A DNA stretch of 56,388 bases, from contig CAZSHN010000002.1 in assembly GCA_964607015.1 (NCBI GenBank), positions 1-56,388 of the forward strand. The letters are read 5' to 3'. Shown here one piece after another: positions 1 to 7,951 of the stretch (position 1 is the first letter of the stretch; each line of letters starts with the position of its first letter). Origin of the DNA: an uncultured Candidatus Saccharibacteria bacterium (GTDB lineage: Bacteria; Patescibacteriota; Minisyncoccia; Minisyncoccales; JAGGXC01). The notes under the pieces were generated by a model, which worked only from the letters and a program-made list of their open reading frames with translations, was not told the DNA's origin and searched no databases. The position numbers and the translations under genes were made by a program.

Positions 1-1401
1 CTAACTATTTTCATTTCTTTCTTCGGAAATAAAATGATTTGAAATACCCATCATGGTAATGGTAAATGCTGTTCCCACCGGAGAACCTGTTTTATAAAAA
101 GCTTGTTCCCCGTTAGAACATATTCCAAATACAGGAACATCTTCTTTTCCGAGAGTTTTCTTAATTTCTTCAATCTCTTTAAAATAACTTCTTCCCATAA
201 CCATTCCTCTTACTGCGCAAGAGAAGAACAAGACAAAGCCAAAATTATTAGTATTAATATCTTCAATCATTAATTTGGTTGCATTAACGGTGGCCTCGCC
301 ACAAGAATCTTTAGTATTTTTACCAAGGGCAAACATTGTTCCCTTTTTAACAGGAAGCATCATTTTAACACTTTTGTCTTCTAGCACTTTCGTAGGGAAA
401 TTAGACCAAAAAAGCTCTCCTCTTGTTTCAGGAGAAACTAATGCATAGCCCTCCAATCCTAAAAGAGCTGGTACTTCATAAAAGTTCTTTTTGTTAAGAG
501 GAGTATTTTTTTCAACTACCTTATAAATAACATCTGCAGCTGGTTCTCCGTTTATTTCCTTTATAGTCCACTCATCCTCTCCTATTTTCGTAACTAACCC
601 TATATTATCAATTGGTTCTGATCCTGAACCAACTCCAAAACCAATAGTCAGCTCTGATCCAAAAATTGTAACTATTGTTGTTTCTTTATAAATTTCACCG
701 TTATAAAAAGCTGTTCCACCTAAAGTACTTTTTTTGTCAGTTCCTCCGCACAGTCCACCTCCTTGAATTTTTAAAGAATCTTTTGCAACAGAAATAACTC
801 CTTCAATAATTCCAGAGTCATAAAACTTTCCTTCATCACAATTTCCCGGAGTAATCAAAAAACCATTTACCGGTCTAATTCTTGTAATATCTTTCGCTCC
901 TTTTTTAAGAGCAGCAAGATAAGCCACTTGAGGATTATAATCAAGATTATCTAAAGCTCTTTCAATAGCTTGACGACCAGCTAAACGAGGATCCTTGAAA
1001 GTATTTTCTCCGATACCAGTTCCTACTTGAATAAATTCAGATTCTAAAGATACAACAACTGCTCCACTAAACTTTAAAGATTTAAATACTTTTCCAACAG
1101 CATTAGATAATTTTCCTATTGTCTCTCCAAACAACCCGACATCAAAATAATATTTATCTTTCGCAAAAAAACCAAGGGTTGTTCCTCCAATCAAAGGAAC
1201 TGATTTGTCTCCGAATACTTCATATACAGCTTCTTGAGCTTCTTTATATTGTTTTTCTGGATAATTATAAGTACAGAAGAACATTAAAAGCTTAGGAGTT
1301 TTTCCCTCTATCTCCTTTTTTGATTCTTTAGCTGCTTCAGTTGCCGCTTTTACTAAATTATCTTTTTTTGATACTCCTATTCCAACGCTTATTAAGGCCA
1401 T
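1..1401 (-). CDS. FIST-domain sensory protein (FIST_N + FIST_C)
   Basis: 466-aa ORF with its stop at the window edge. Two-lobed layout with the C-terminal motif FFSCAVRG, typical of FIST_C (xFSCxGR). Confidence 0.65.
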   Translation of the reverse strand: MALISVGIGVSKKDNLVKAATEAAKESKKEIEGKTPKLLMFFCTYNYPEKQYKEAQEAVYEVFGDKSVPLIGGTTLGFFAKDKYYFDVGLFGETIGKLSNAVGKVFKSLKFSGAVVVSLESEFIQVGTGIGENTFKDPRLAGRQAIERALDNLDYNPQVAYLAALKKGAKDITRIRPVNGFLITPGNCDEGKFYDSGIIEGVISVAKDSLKIQGGGLCGGTDKKSTLGGTAFYNGEIYKETTIVTIFGSELTIGFGVGSGSEPIDNIGLVTKIGEDEWTIKEINGEPAADVIYKVVEKNTPLNKKNFYEVPALLGLEGYALVSPETRGELFWSNFPTKVLEDKSVKMMLPVKKGTMFALGKNTKDSCGEATVNATKLMIEDINTNNFGFVLFFSCAVRGMVMGRSYFKEIEEIKKTLGKEDVPVFGICSNGEQAFYKTGSPVGTAFTITMMGISNHFISEERNENS

Positions 1402-1463
1402 GTTTTTTGATTAAGGTCTTTATTTTTATAGTATTATAGCAAAATTAATGAAAAAGAAATAAT

Positions 1464-2204
1464 TTATTTTTTAAATTTCTTCAACTTAAAATCTTTTCTT
1501 TCAAAAACAGCATAATTAAAATCTTCTTCCCAGCAACCAAGATTAATATATAACTTATTGTCCTTTTTGCAATAATCTTCTTTATGGGTGTGCCCCATTA
1601 TAATAACGTCTATTTCAGAGTTATCTAAAACCTTTATTGCCTTTTCTCTATACTTTAATTTAACCTCTTCAAGGTTAACTTCTTTAAAGGTCTTATTCCT
1701 TATCTTTTTAGCAATAAATTTAGCAAAAGGAATTCCAATGTCTGGATGAACTAATTTGTATAAAAAGATATTAACTTTATTCCTTAATATTTTCTTAGCA
1801 AAACTAAAATCAAGAGTAGATTTTAAGAAACCATCACCATGATGAATAAGAACTCTTCTTTCATCAATATTTACTTTAAGAGATTGGAATTGAACCTTAA
1901 TCCCTATTTTGTCTGTCAAAAAATTCCCTTTCCAAAAATCATGATTTCCTCCGATATAGACAACTTCGGTGCCAGACAAAACTAAATCACGTAAAGCAGA
2001 AATTGCTTCGAAATATTCAGAAGGAATTACTTCTCTGTACTCAAACCAAAATTCAAAAATATCTCCTACGAGATAAAGTTTTTTAGCCTTTCCTTTGATA
2101 AGCTTACAAAAATCAACAAACTTTTCTTTTTTAATTTCTGATTTGTCCGAATCCTTTCCAAGATGAACATCAGAAACAAAATAAACTTTAGTTTTCTTTC
2201 TCAT
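1464..2204 (-). CDS. LpxH/YbbF-like calcineurin-type metallophosphoesterase
   Basis: Ordered metallophosphoesterase motifs: SDVHLG, VGDIFEFW, GGNHDFW, HHGD, GHTH. Confidence 0.75.
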   Translation of the reverse strand: MRKKTKVYFVSDVHLGKDSDKSEIKKEKFVDFCKLIKGKAKKLYLVGDIFEFWFEYREVIPSEYFEAISALRDLVLSGTEVVYIGGNHDFWKGNFLTDKIGIKVQFQSLKVNIDERRVLIHHGDGFLKSTLDFSFAKKILRNKVNIFLYKLVHPDIGIPFAKFIAKKIRNKTFKEVNLEEVKLKYREKAIKVLDNSEIDVIIMGHTHKEDYCKKDNKLYINLGCWEEDFNYAVFERKDFKLKKFKK

Positions 2205-2242
2205 AATTCTATTTTATCAAAAAATTAAGTTAATTACGAAAA

Positions 2243-2265
2243 ATAAAAAAGGGAGAATCTCTCCC
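2243..2265 (-). terminator. Rho-independent terminator after ORF 2281..2520
   Basis: Minus strand reads GGGAG-AGATT-CTCCC followed by TTTTTTATTTTT. Confidence 0.6.
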
Positions 2266-2280
2266 TGTTTTTCTTTTTGA

Positions 2281-2520
2281 TTACTTCTTATCTTCCCAAA
2301 CAATTTTACGACCGTCTTTTATCTCATTAATCTTGCCTAGTTTTTCCCCGCAAAAAGGACAATAAACAAATCTCTCGGAAAGCGGAGTATCAAAAATCTT
2401 TACTTCTTCTTTCTCAATCCCTGTAAAACACAGGAAGGTCTCTTTCATATTTATTGTTTGGTGTCTAAATGGATACTTCTGGAATTCTTTTTTGTAATGA
2501 TCAAGTATTCTTGGTTTCAT
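2281..2520 (-). CDS. Hypothetical small protein with CPFCGEK zinc-ribbon-like motif
   Basis: 79-aa ORF with GGAGGT immediately upstream of the ATG and a terminator downstream. No family recognised. Confidence 0.5.
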   Translation of the reverse strand: MKPRILDHYKKEFQKYPFRHQTINMKETFLCFTGIEKEEVKIFDTPLSERFVYCPFCGEKLGKINEIKDGRKIVWEDKK

Positions 2521-2611
2521 ATTACCTCCAAAGATATAATAACTTAAAGAAAACAGCTGTCAATAAAAAAACACCTGACATTAAACCAGGTGCTTTAAAA
2601 AAACGTTTAAA

Positions 2612-3127
2612 TCACTCAGGCAAAACAGCAAGGGTATTATTGAATCGGTTAATATAGTTAAATAAACCTATTACAGAAACCAATTCAACAATTTGAGCAT
2701 CAGACAATTTTTCTCTCAATCTCTCAAACGTCTCCGGATCATCAACGTTGGCATTATCAGTCACATCTTTAACTAGCTTCAAAATGTCCTCTTCTTCTTG
2801 AGATAAATTCTTCATCTCTTTTATATTCTCTATTTCTTCTTCGTCTGCCCCAAACTTAACCATCATTTTACTGGTAACATCCACACAAAAGGGACACTTA
2901 AGAGCATTGGAGACGGTATAAGCCATTTTCCATTTTAACTTATTCTCTATCTCGCCTTCTCCCATAATTGATTTAAATAATTCTGTAAATTCTTTTAGTA
3001 TTTCGGGCCTATTAGCCATTACTTTTGCCCATTCTGGAACAGACCCAGTATCTTTTTCAAATTTTTCATAAACAGGTAAAGCCCTATCGTCAACATCTTC
3101 TTTTTTTATAGAAGGAACTAAAGCCAT
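2612..3127 (-). CDS. Carboxymuconolactone decarboxylase / AhpD-like family protein
   Basis: 171 aa, all-helical. CPFC (CxxC) motif in the context ALKCPFCVDV, typical of the AhpD-core domain. Confidence 0.7.
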   Translation of the reverse strand: MALVPSIKKEDVDDRALPVYEKFEKDTGSVPEWAKVMANRPEILKEFTELFKSIMGEGEIENKLKWKMAYTVSNALKCPFCVDVTSKMMVKFGADEEEIENIKEMKNLSQEEEDILKLVKDVTDNANVDDPETFERLREKLSDAQIVELVSVIGLFNYINRFNNTLAVLPE

Positions 3128-3240
3128 ATGTTTTTATTTGTTAATTTAATATTAATTTAAAACCTTTTCTTCTTTTTTGTGCTAATTTATTTTAACATAA
3201 AAAACCGTATTATCTTAAAATAATACGGATATTAAATATT

Positions 3241-3621
3241 TTACATATTTTTGGTAAGCTTCCTAAGAGAAGTTATTCTCTTTTCAATATTTTCTTTCTG
3301 CTGCAACAAAGAAATCTCTAGATCGTTAACAAGAAAATCCTTGCTAATCGATTTTGGTCTAAAATAAACATTGTGAGGCCTTCCTCTTCCGTCTTTATCA
3401 GAAGTTACTCGAAGCAAACCCTTTTTCACTATTTTTTTCGCCGCTTCTGATACCTGAGGCTGACTCATTTTCATTTCTTTCTCAATTTGAGCCGATGATC
3501 CTCTTTCGTTATAAAGGAAATAAGCAATTACCTTTGCCTCCATCCTTTTATACCCTATTCTAGCTATTAATCCTACAACGTCCTCTTTTTTCGAAAAACT
3601 CTTTTTCTTATTACTTCCCAA
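3241..3621 (-). CDS. Winged-helix transcriptional regulator (MarR/TrmB-like)
   Basis: 126 aa with a TTG start in the track frame. The segment SSAQIEKEMKMSQPQVSEAAKKIVKKGLL followed by GRGRPHNVY looks like an HTH plus wing. Confidence 0.55.
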   Translation of the reverse strand: MGSNKKKSFSKKEDVVGLIARIGYKRMEAKVIAYFLYNERGSSAQIEKEMKMSQPQVSEAAKKIVKKGLLRVTSDKDGRGRPHNVYFRPKSISKDFLVNDLEISLLQQKENIEKRITSLRKLTKNM

Positions 3622-3676
3622 AATATATCACCTTTTTAAAGTTCTGTTAATTTTCTAACCAATAAACCAAGGAATG

Positions 3677-3805
3677 TCAAATAAAATGAGACGCTGAACA
3701 CGCCTCTTTTTCTTCTATAAATTCTTCTTCAATTTCTGGACGATCAAGCATTGCAATTCTACCTGCCCTTTTAATCAAATGTTTTGCTATCATTTTCCTA
3801 AACAT
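3677..3805 (-). CDS. Possible 42-aa small protein (MFRKMIAKHLIKRAGRIAMLDRPEIEEEFIEEKEACSASHFI)
   Basis: Hand-translated and not in the ORF track. GGGAGTGG SD-like box 4 nt upstream of the ATG. Lies between the HIT gene and the regulator. Confidence 0.25.
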   Translation of the reverse strand: MFRKMIAKHLIKRAGRIAMLDRPEIEEEFIEEKEACSASHFI

Positions 3806-3896
3806 CTTACCACTCCCTATTTACAATGTTCTATAATAATATTAATATTTTAAACTTTAATTTTCAAGTAAATCTTAATTAATGAACTAACTTTAT

Positions 3897-4364
3897 TTAA
3901 TTTTCTGATTCTTCTGCCAAAATATGAAAATGAAGATAATTTACTGTTTGATAAGAAGGACCATTTGTATAGACTTTGTATTCCCTGAGACCTGCCTCTC
4001 TAATAATTTCACCAATCACCGCATAAGAATCAGCAAGATATTCTTTATCTTCCTGAGTAAGGTCAGCTATATCTTTTATATCTTTCTTAGGAATTATTAC
4101 ATAATGAATAGGAGCTCTATGAATAGGAGAATCTATAGCTATTGTCTTATCTGTTTCTTTTACAATTGAAGGAATTAATTCTGGAGATTTCTGAGCAACA
4201 ACAGATCCGATTAATCCCAATAATTCATTTGACTCTAGACAAGTTTCATCGCAATCATCAAATCTCAAAAAAGACCTTGGTTGAGTGTCTCTAAAAATAT
4301 ATCCTCCAATTATTATTCCAACAAAAAGAATAAACAATGAAATAACAATCTTTTTAATTTTCAT
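3897..4364 (-). CDS. HIT-family nucleotide hydrolase/transferase with N-terminal membrane anchor
   Basis: 155 aa. N-terminal TM segment (IVISLFILFVGIIIGGYIF). C-terminal histidine-triad region NYLHFHIL, in which the first His of HxHxHxx is Tyr. Confidence 0.7.
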   Translation of the reverse strand: MKIKKIVISLFILFVGIIIGGYIFRDTQPRSFLRFDDCDETCLESNELLGLIGSVVAQKSPELIPSIVKETDKTIAIDSPIHRAPIHYVIIPKKDIKDIADLTQEDKEYLADSYAVIGEIIREAGLREYKVYTNGPSYQTVNYLHFHILAEESEN

Positions 4365-4725
4365 GCCTCAATCTTAATTTTAAATTATATATTTCATTTT
4401 ATCAGAAAATAAATATTAAATAAAAAAAGACCCTACTAAAACCATCTCTTTACTCAATATGTTTCTAATTAGAAATCTGTCAAAATAGTAAATATTCAAA
4501 CTTTATGTTTTGTTATAAATCAATATTTTGCAATTTCAATTAACGAAAAAAGCAAGTCAAGTTCATTGCAGATGAAGTACTTTCAACAAGAATATTTTTC
4601 CACAAAATTTATCCTGCTAAAACAGATAATACAGTTAAAAAACGTTTCCAAATCATGCCAATTCTTACTTAGTCTTTGTATATTTCTATGATCCGATTTT
4701 AAATTCTTAACAGATTGCTCTAAAA

Positions 4726-5430
4726 TTATTTTTTCTTCAGAGTATCAATTCTTTCCATTACTTCCTCTGCAGAATCAACCAATTGATATATATCTAAATT
4801 TTCCTTTTTAATCGACTTATGCTTTAAGTAAACCTCTGACTTAATAAATTTAAATAAAGGTTTCCAATATTCTTCTCCAACAGCAATAATAGGAACCGGT
4901 CTTGCTAACTTTCCTGTTTGAACAAGCGTAATCATCTCAAAAAATTCATCTAACGTTCCAAATCCACCAGGAAAAAAGATATATGCCTCGGAAGAAAAAG
5001 AAAGCATTACCTTTCGAGTAAAAAAATGATTAAATCCAATTGGCTTATCAACATAAGCATTCATTCTTTGTCCTTCTGGAAGCTGAACGTTTATTCCTAC
5101 CGATTCTCCTCCTGACTCAAGAGCGCCACGATTAGCTGCTTCCATAATACCTGGCCCACCACCAGTAATTACAGTATATCCCTTTTCAGCCAAAAGATTG
5201 CCCAGTTTTCTTGATTCCTTATAGTAATGATTGCTAGGTAAAAAACTGCTTGAACCGAAAATAGTAATAGTTTTTTTAAGATCAGCAAGAAAATGATATC
5301 CATCAATAAATTCCGCCATGATCCTGAAAATTTTCCATTGAAACGTTTCTCTAAAATCTTCTTTAGTTGATGGTAATTCAGGATCTGGATATAAATTCTT
5401 TTCTCTAGCCTTTTTGTTTATTTTTGCCAT
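4726..5430 (-). CDS. LOG-family / TIGR00730 Rossmann-fold nucleotide-binding protein (cytokinin riboside 5'-monophosphate phosphoribohydrolase-like)
   Basis: GGGPGIMEAANRGA and PGGFGTLDEFFE signature motifs. Confidence 0.85.
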   Translation of the reverse strand: MAKINKKAREKNLYPDPELPSTKEDFRETFQWKIFRIMAEFIDGYHFLADLKKTITIFGSSSFLPSNHYYKESRKLGNLLAEKGYTVITGGGPGIMEAANRGALESGGESVGINVQLPEGQRMNAYVDKPIGFNHFFTRKVMLSFSSEAYIFFPGGFGTLDEFFEMITLVQTGKLARPVPIIAVGEEYWKPLFKFIKSEVYLKHKSIKKENLDIYQLVDSAEEVMERIDTLKKK

Positions 5431-5568
5431 GTTTTTTGTTTTATATTACCACAAAAGAAAAAGTTTGAAAAAAAGAAATTAAATCCTAAGACTATTCTTC
5501 TATAATTTCTTTAATAAAAACTACTTCTTTTACAGTTTATTTTTAAAAAATAAATTCATACTGAATAA

Positions 5569-6045
5569 TTACCAGCAAGTTGCTCCACCCTGATCAAGCT
5601 CTCCCGAGGGTTCGTCCTCTAAGTAGCTAGTCCCTTTTTCACTAGCAGCAAAAAAACCACCCTGTTCTAATTCAGCCCAAATACAATATTTATTTTCAGC
5701 ATAACGATTTCTTAAACAGCAGTAATTCTCACCTTTTTCGTCATTGCAATTTCCACTTCCTCCCCCCGGATCCTTTGGTAAAGGATATAAATAAGGAGAA
5801 AACATCATCTCTGAATCAAGGCCTATCCTATTCTCAGCATCCGGTTCCGTCCAAAAATATTCATCTTCTTCATCGTATATCATTTCCATAGCCAAACTTA
5901 TTTGTTTAATATCAGATTTTCTTTTTGCGTCTCTAGCCTTCCCTCTTGCTTCGCTCAAAGAAACTAAGGCAATCGAAGCCAAGACGCCAATAATTGCAAC
6001 AACTACTAGTAATTCAATTAGTGTAAAACCTTTCTGTATTTTCAT
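5569..6045 (-). CDS. Type IV pilin / pseudopilin (prepilin-type N-terminal cleavage-methylation domain)
   Basis: N-terminus MKIQKG|FTLIELLVVVAIIGVLASIAL. Cys-containing C-terminal globular part. Confidence 0.8.
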   Translation of the reverse strand: MKIQKGFTLIELLVVVAIIGVLASIALVSLSEARGKARDAKRKSDIKQISLAMEMIYDEEDEYFWTEPDAENRIGLDSEMMFSPYLYPLPKDPGGGSGNCNDEKGENYCCLRNRYAENKYCIWAELEQGGFFAASEKGTSYLEDEPSGELDQGGATCW

Positions 6046-6051
6046 TTTTTT

Positions 6052-6060
6052 ATTATACCA
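6052..6060 (-). promoter_or_regulatory. Extended -10 box TGGTATAAT, 6 nt upstream of the pilin ATG (candidate leaderless start)
   Basis: Minus strand reads TTTTTTGGTATAAT-AAAAAA-ATG with no Shine-Dalgarno sequence. Confidence 0.45.
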
Positions 6061-6241
6061 AAAAATCTTATAAAAAAACTTTAAAAATTTTTAAATACTA
6101 AAGCTGTAACCAGAAAAATATTTTTTAAATTAATTTTTTTCAAAGAAAAATAAAAAATCATATTCGTTTCTAAAAACTTCTTCATTAATAAAATTTTTCT
6201 TTGTTTTAAATTATTAAAATTATTATATAAATTATTCTCGC

Positions 6242-6272
6242 AAAAAAATAACGCGCCGCAGCCCCGGCGCGT
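6242..6272 (-). terminator. GC-rich rho-independent terminator after ORF 6330..6995
   Basis: Minus strand reads ACGCGCCG-GGGCTG-CGGCGCGT (8-bp perfect stem) followed by TATTTTTTTG. Confidence 0.8.
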
Positions 6273-6329
6273 CAATTTTATCAAGCGAGAAAGATCATGT
6301 CACCTCGAGTATTAACTGGATATCCTTTA

Positions 6330-6995
6330 TTAATAGTAAATAACATCCGCCTCACTTTTCAGTCGTTCTACTAGTTTTCCAATTTCTTCCTGTTGTTTTT
6401 CTTGCTCAAGAAATTGAATTATTTGAGGCTCTACTTCTTCGTATGAAGGCATTTCCTCTTCTGATTGCTGACTATACTCTTCATAAAAAGTTATAGCCTC
6501 TTCTTCGGTTATCTCAAAATCCTTCCCACTAAGAAAGTCTGTTAGGTAATCTTGAGTGGCTACCTGCTTTCTATAATTTTCTACTTCTTCTTCGTAAGAA
6601 GCATCCTGCTCTTCAAGTTCCTGTTTAAATTCATCTAAGCTAGAACCTTGTTCAGAAAGCTGACGACTTATCTTCTCTTCCACCTCTTGCTCTGTAGGAA
6701 CATAATCTTCCTTCTCTGCTTTCTGATATAATACTTCTTGACTTATGAGCTCTTCTAACACTTCTTCTTCAGATATTTCTTGTCCTTGAGATTCAAATAC
6801 CTTTTTCATGTCTGTTACTTCTTCAGATTTTATCTCTTGACCATTAACAGTTGCCCGAATCCCATCAGCTTCTCCTTTTTCAAGATCAACAGAGACTTTT
6901 TCATTAATATTGTTAGTTTCACTAAAAACAAATATGCCACCAGCTACTATAATTATTACAACAATTAATCCAATAATAAGATTTTTCTTTTTCAT
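6330..6995 (-). CDS. Membrane-anchored SurA-N-terminal-like chaperone domain protein, very acidic
   Basis: 221 aa. N-terminal TM, then the ATVNGQEIKSEEV...EELISQEVLYQKAEKEDY pattern seen in SurA_N/PrsA-like proteins. No PPIase domain is visible. Confidence 0.45.
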   Translation of the reverse strand: MKKKNLIIGLIVVIIIVAGGIFVFSETNNINEKVSVDLEKGEADGIRATVNGQEIKSEEVTDMKKVFESQGQEISEEEVLEELISQEVLYQKAEKEDYVPTEQEVEEKISRQLSEQGSSLDEFKQELEEQDASYEEEVENYRKQVATQDYLTDFLSGKDFEITEEEAITFYEEYSQQSEEEMPSYEEVEPQIIQFLEQEKQQEEIGKLVERLKSEADVIYY

Positions 6996-7129
6996 AATTA
7001 ATTATTAATTAATTTCACATTTTTATTTATAACCTTTTGTATTTTTGCAGGATAACAAATACTGTTGACTATGTAAAATTATACACCCAGAAGAAGAAAA
7101 ATATTTAATAATTTATTTTTATTATATAA

Positions 7130-7157
7130 TTGACTTTTATGATTAATATGTTATAAT
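7130..7157 (+). promoter_or_regulatory. Sigma70-type promoter for ORF 7230..7631
   Basis: TTGACT (7130-7135), 16-nt spacer ending TGt, TATAAT (7152-7157). Followed by an 8-bp 5'-UTR hairpin ATCCTAAG/CTTAGGAT (7188-7207) and an AAGGAG SD. Confidence 0.55.
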
Positions 7158-7229
7158 GAAGAAGTAAAAAATCTATAATTTTTTACCATCCTAAGTAATC
7201 TTAGGATAAAAAAATAAGGAGTGTTGAAA

Positions 7230-7631
7230 ATGGAAGAAACCGATAAGAAAGTTAAAGAAAATATAGATCTAGAAAAAGAAAAAGAAGAGATAAGCAGATT
7301 ATTAAATACTCGTGCTTACCAGGTTGAAAAAATAAGAAAAGAACTATCGGAGCCTAAGGGCTTTCTTCAGAAAAAATGTCCAAAATGCGGAGAAAAACTA
7401 TGGGGTGGTCGTTTAAACTCGTACTATAAATATTTTATATGTATTCATTGTTTTTACGACTATTCTAAACTAATAAAATTTTCTCTCCCGAACTTATTAA
7501 AGAACTTCATTCACCCTGTTTACAGCAAAGAATTTCTGGATTTTTTGTTCAAGGAAGAAAGAGTGGTAAACATAAAAGAAATCTGTCACAGACTTACAGA
7601 GATTAAAAGAAAAGAAAAATCTTCAATATAG
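7230..7631 (+). CDS. Hypothetical protein with CPKCGEK...CIHC zinc-ribbon motif
   Basis: The track ORF starts at GTG 7221. I prefer ATG 7230 because AAGGAG lies 8 nt upstream. No family recognised. Confidence 0.5.
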   Translation: MEETDKKVKENIDLEKEKEEISRLLNTRAYQVEKIRKELSEPKGFLQKKCPKCGEKLWGGRLNSYYKYFICIHCFYDYSKLIKFSLPNLLKNFIHPVYSKEFLDFLFKEERVVNIKEICHRLTEIKRKEKSSI

Positions 7632-7686
7632 GCTTTTGATTTATTCTAATCTTAAGCCTCTTTTTTTTAAACTTATAGAAAGTTTT

Positions 7687-7717
7687 AATAAAAAGCACAC
7701 CAGCAGTCCCGGCGCGC
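7687..7717 (-). terminator. Orphan GC-rich hairpin + T-tract on the minus strand, related to the 6242..6272 terminator
   Basis: Minus strand reads GCGCGCCGG-GACTG-CTGGTGTGC (9 pairs including G.U) followed by TTTTTATT. There is no minus-strand ORF upstream of it. Confidence 0.45.
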
Positions 7718-7749
7718 GAAAATCTCTAAGCGAGGAAGAGTGTACTTGC

Positions 7750-7775
7750 GTGCTGCGATACTAGGATTCGAACCT
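7750..7775 (-). repeat. Fragment copy of the tRNA-Gln 3' end (T-arm + 3' acceptor strand), att-like direct repeat
   Basis: gtgctgcgatactaggattcgaacct here versus gtgctgcgggactaggattcgaacct at 9736..9761, 24/26 identical and in the same orientation. No D or anticodon arm adjoins it. Confidence 0.7.
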
Positions 7776-7817
7776 TATTCTGTTCGCACTACTGATATAG
7801 GATATTTTTAGGTTCGT

Positions 7818-7845
7818 TTGCATTTAAAAAAATACATGCTATATT
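7818..7845 (+). promoter_or_regulatory. Sigma70-type promoter for the GNAT-ASCH gene
   Basis: TTGCAT, 16-nt spacer ending TGc, TATATT. The roughly 100-nt leader holds two hairpins (CAGGAA/TTCCTG and TATCTCT/AGAGATA) and an AAGGAG SD. Confidence 0.5.
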
Positions 7846-7951
7846 AATCTAGATTCAGGAAGTCTTGAATTCCTGTAAACAGTTCTTTTAAAATTAATGA
7901 GTTACACATATCTCTCTTAGAGATAGTAGCTCGGCAAAGGAGAAGAAAAAA

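Noticed and set aside
4365-4725. 360-nt ORF-free AT-rich spacer, considered as oriC or a structured RNA
   Set aside because: It holds only one near-DnaA box (TTTTCCACA), no box cluster, no GC-rich stems and no convincing promoter/terminator pair. Only short (39 aa or less) low-complexity ORFs are present. Nothing supports a call from sequence alone.
6081-6284. 67-aa track ORF on the minus strand
   Set aside because: The sequence is low-complexity and AT-rich (runs of N, K, F, L). The ORF starts inside the GC-rich terminator hairpin of the upstream gene and overlaps the region upstream of the pilin promoter. It has no SD and no recognisable fold.
7687-7950. tmRNA (ssrA), suggested by the tRNA-like T-arm next to a terminator
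   Set aside because: There is no GGGG-type 5' acceptor strand, and no G3-U70 or CCA-proximal alanine-type acceptor. No tag-peptide reading frame ending in a stop is present. The available space of about 260 nt is short.
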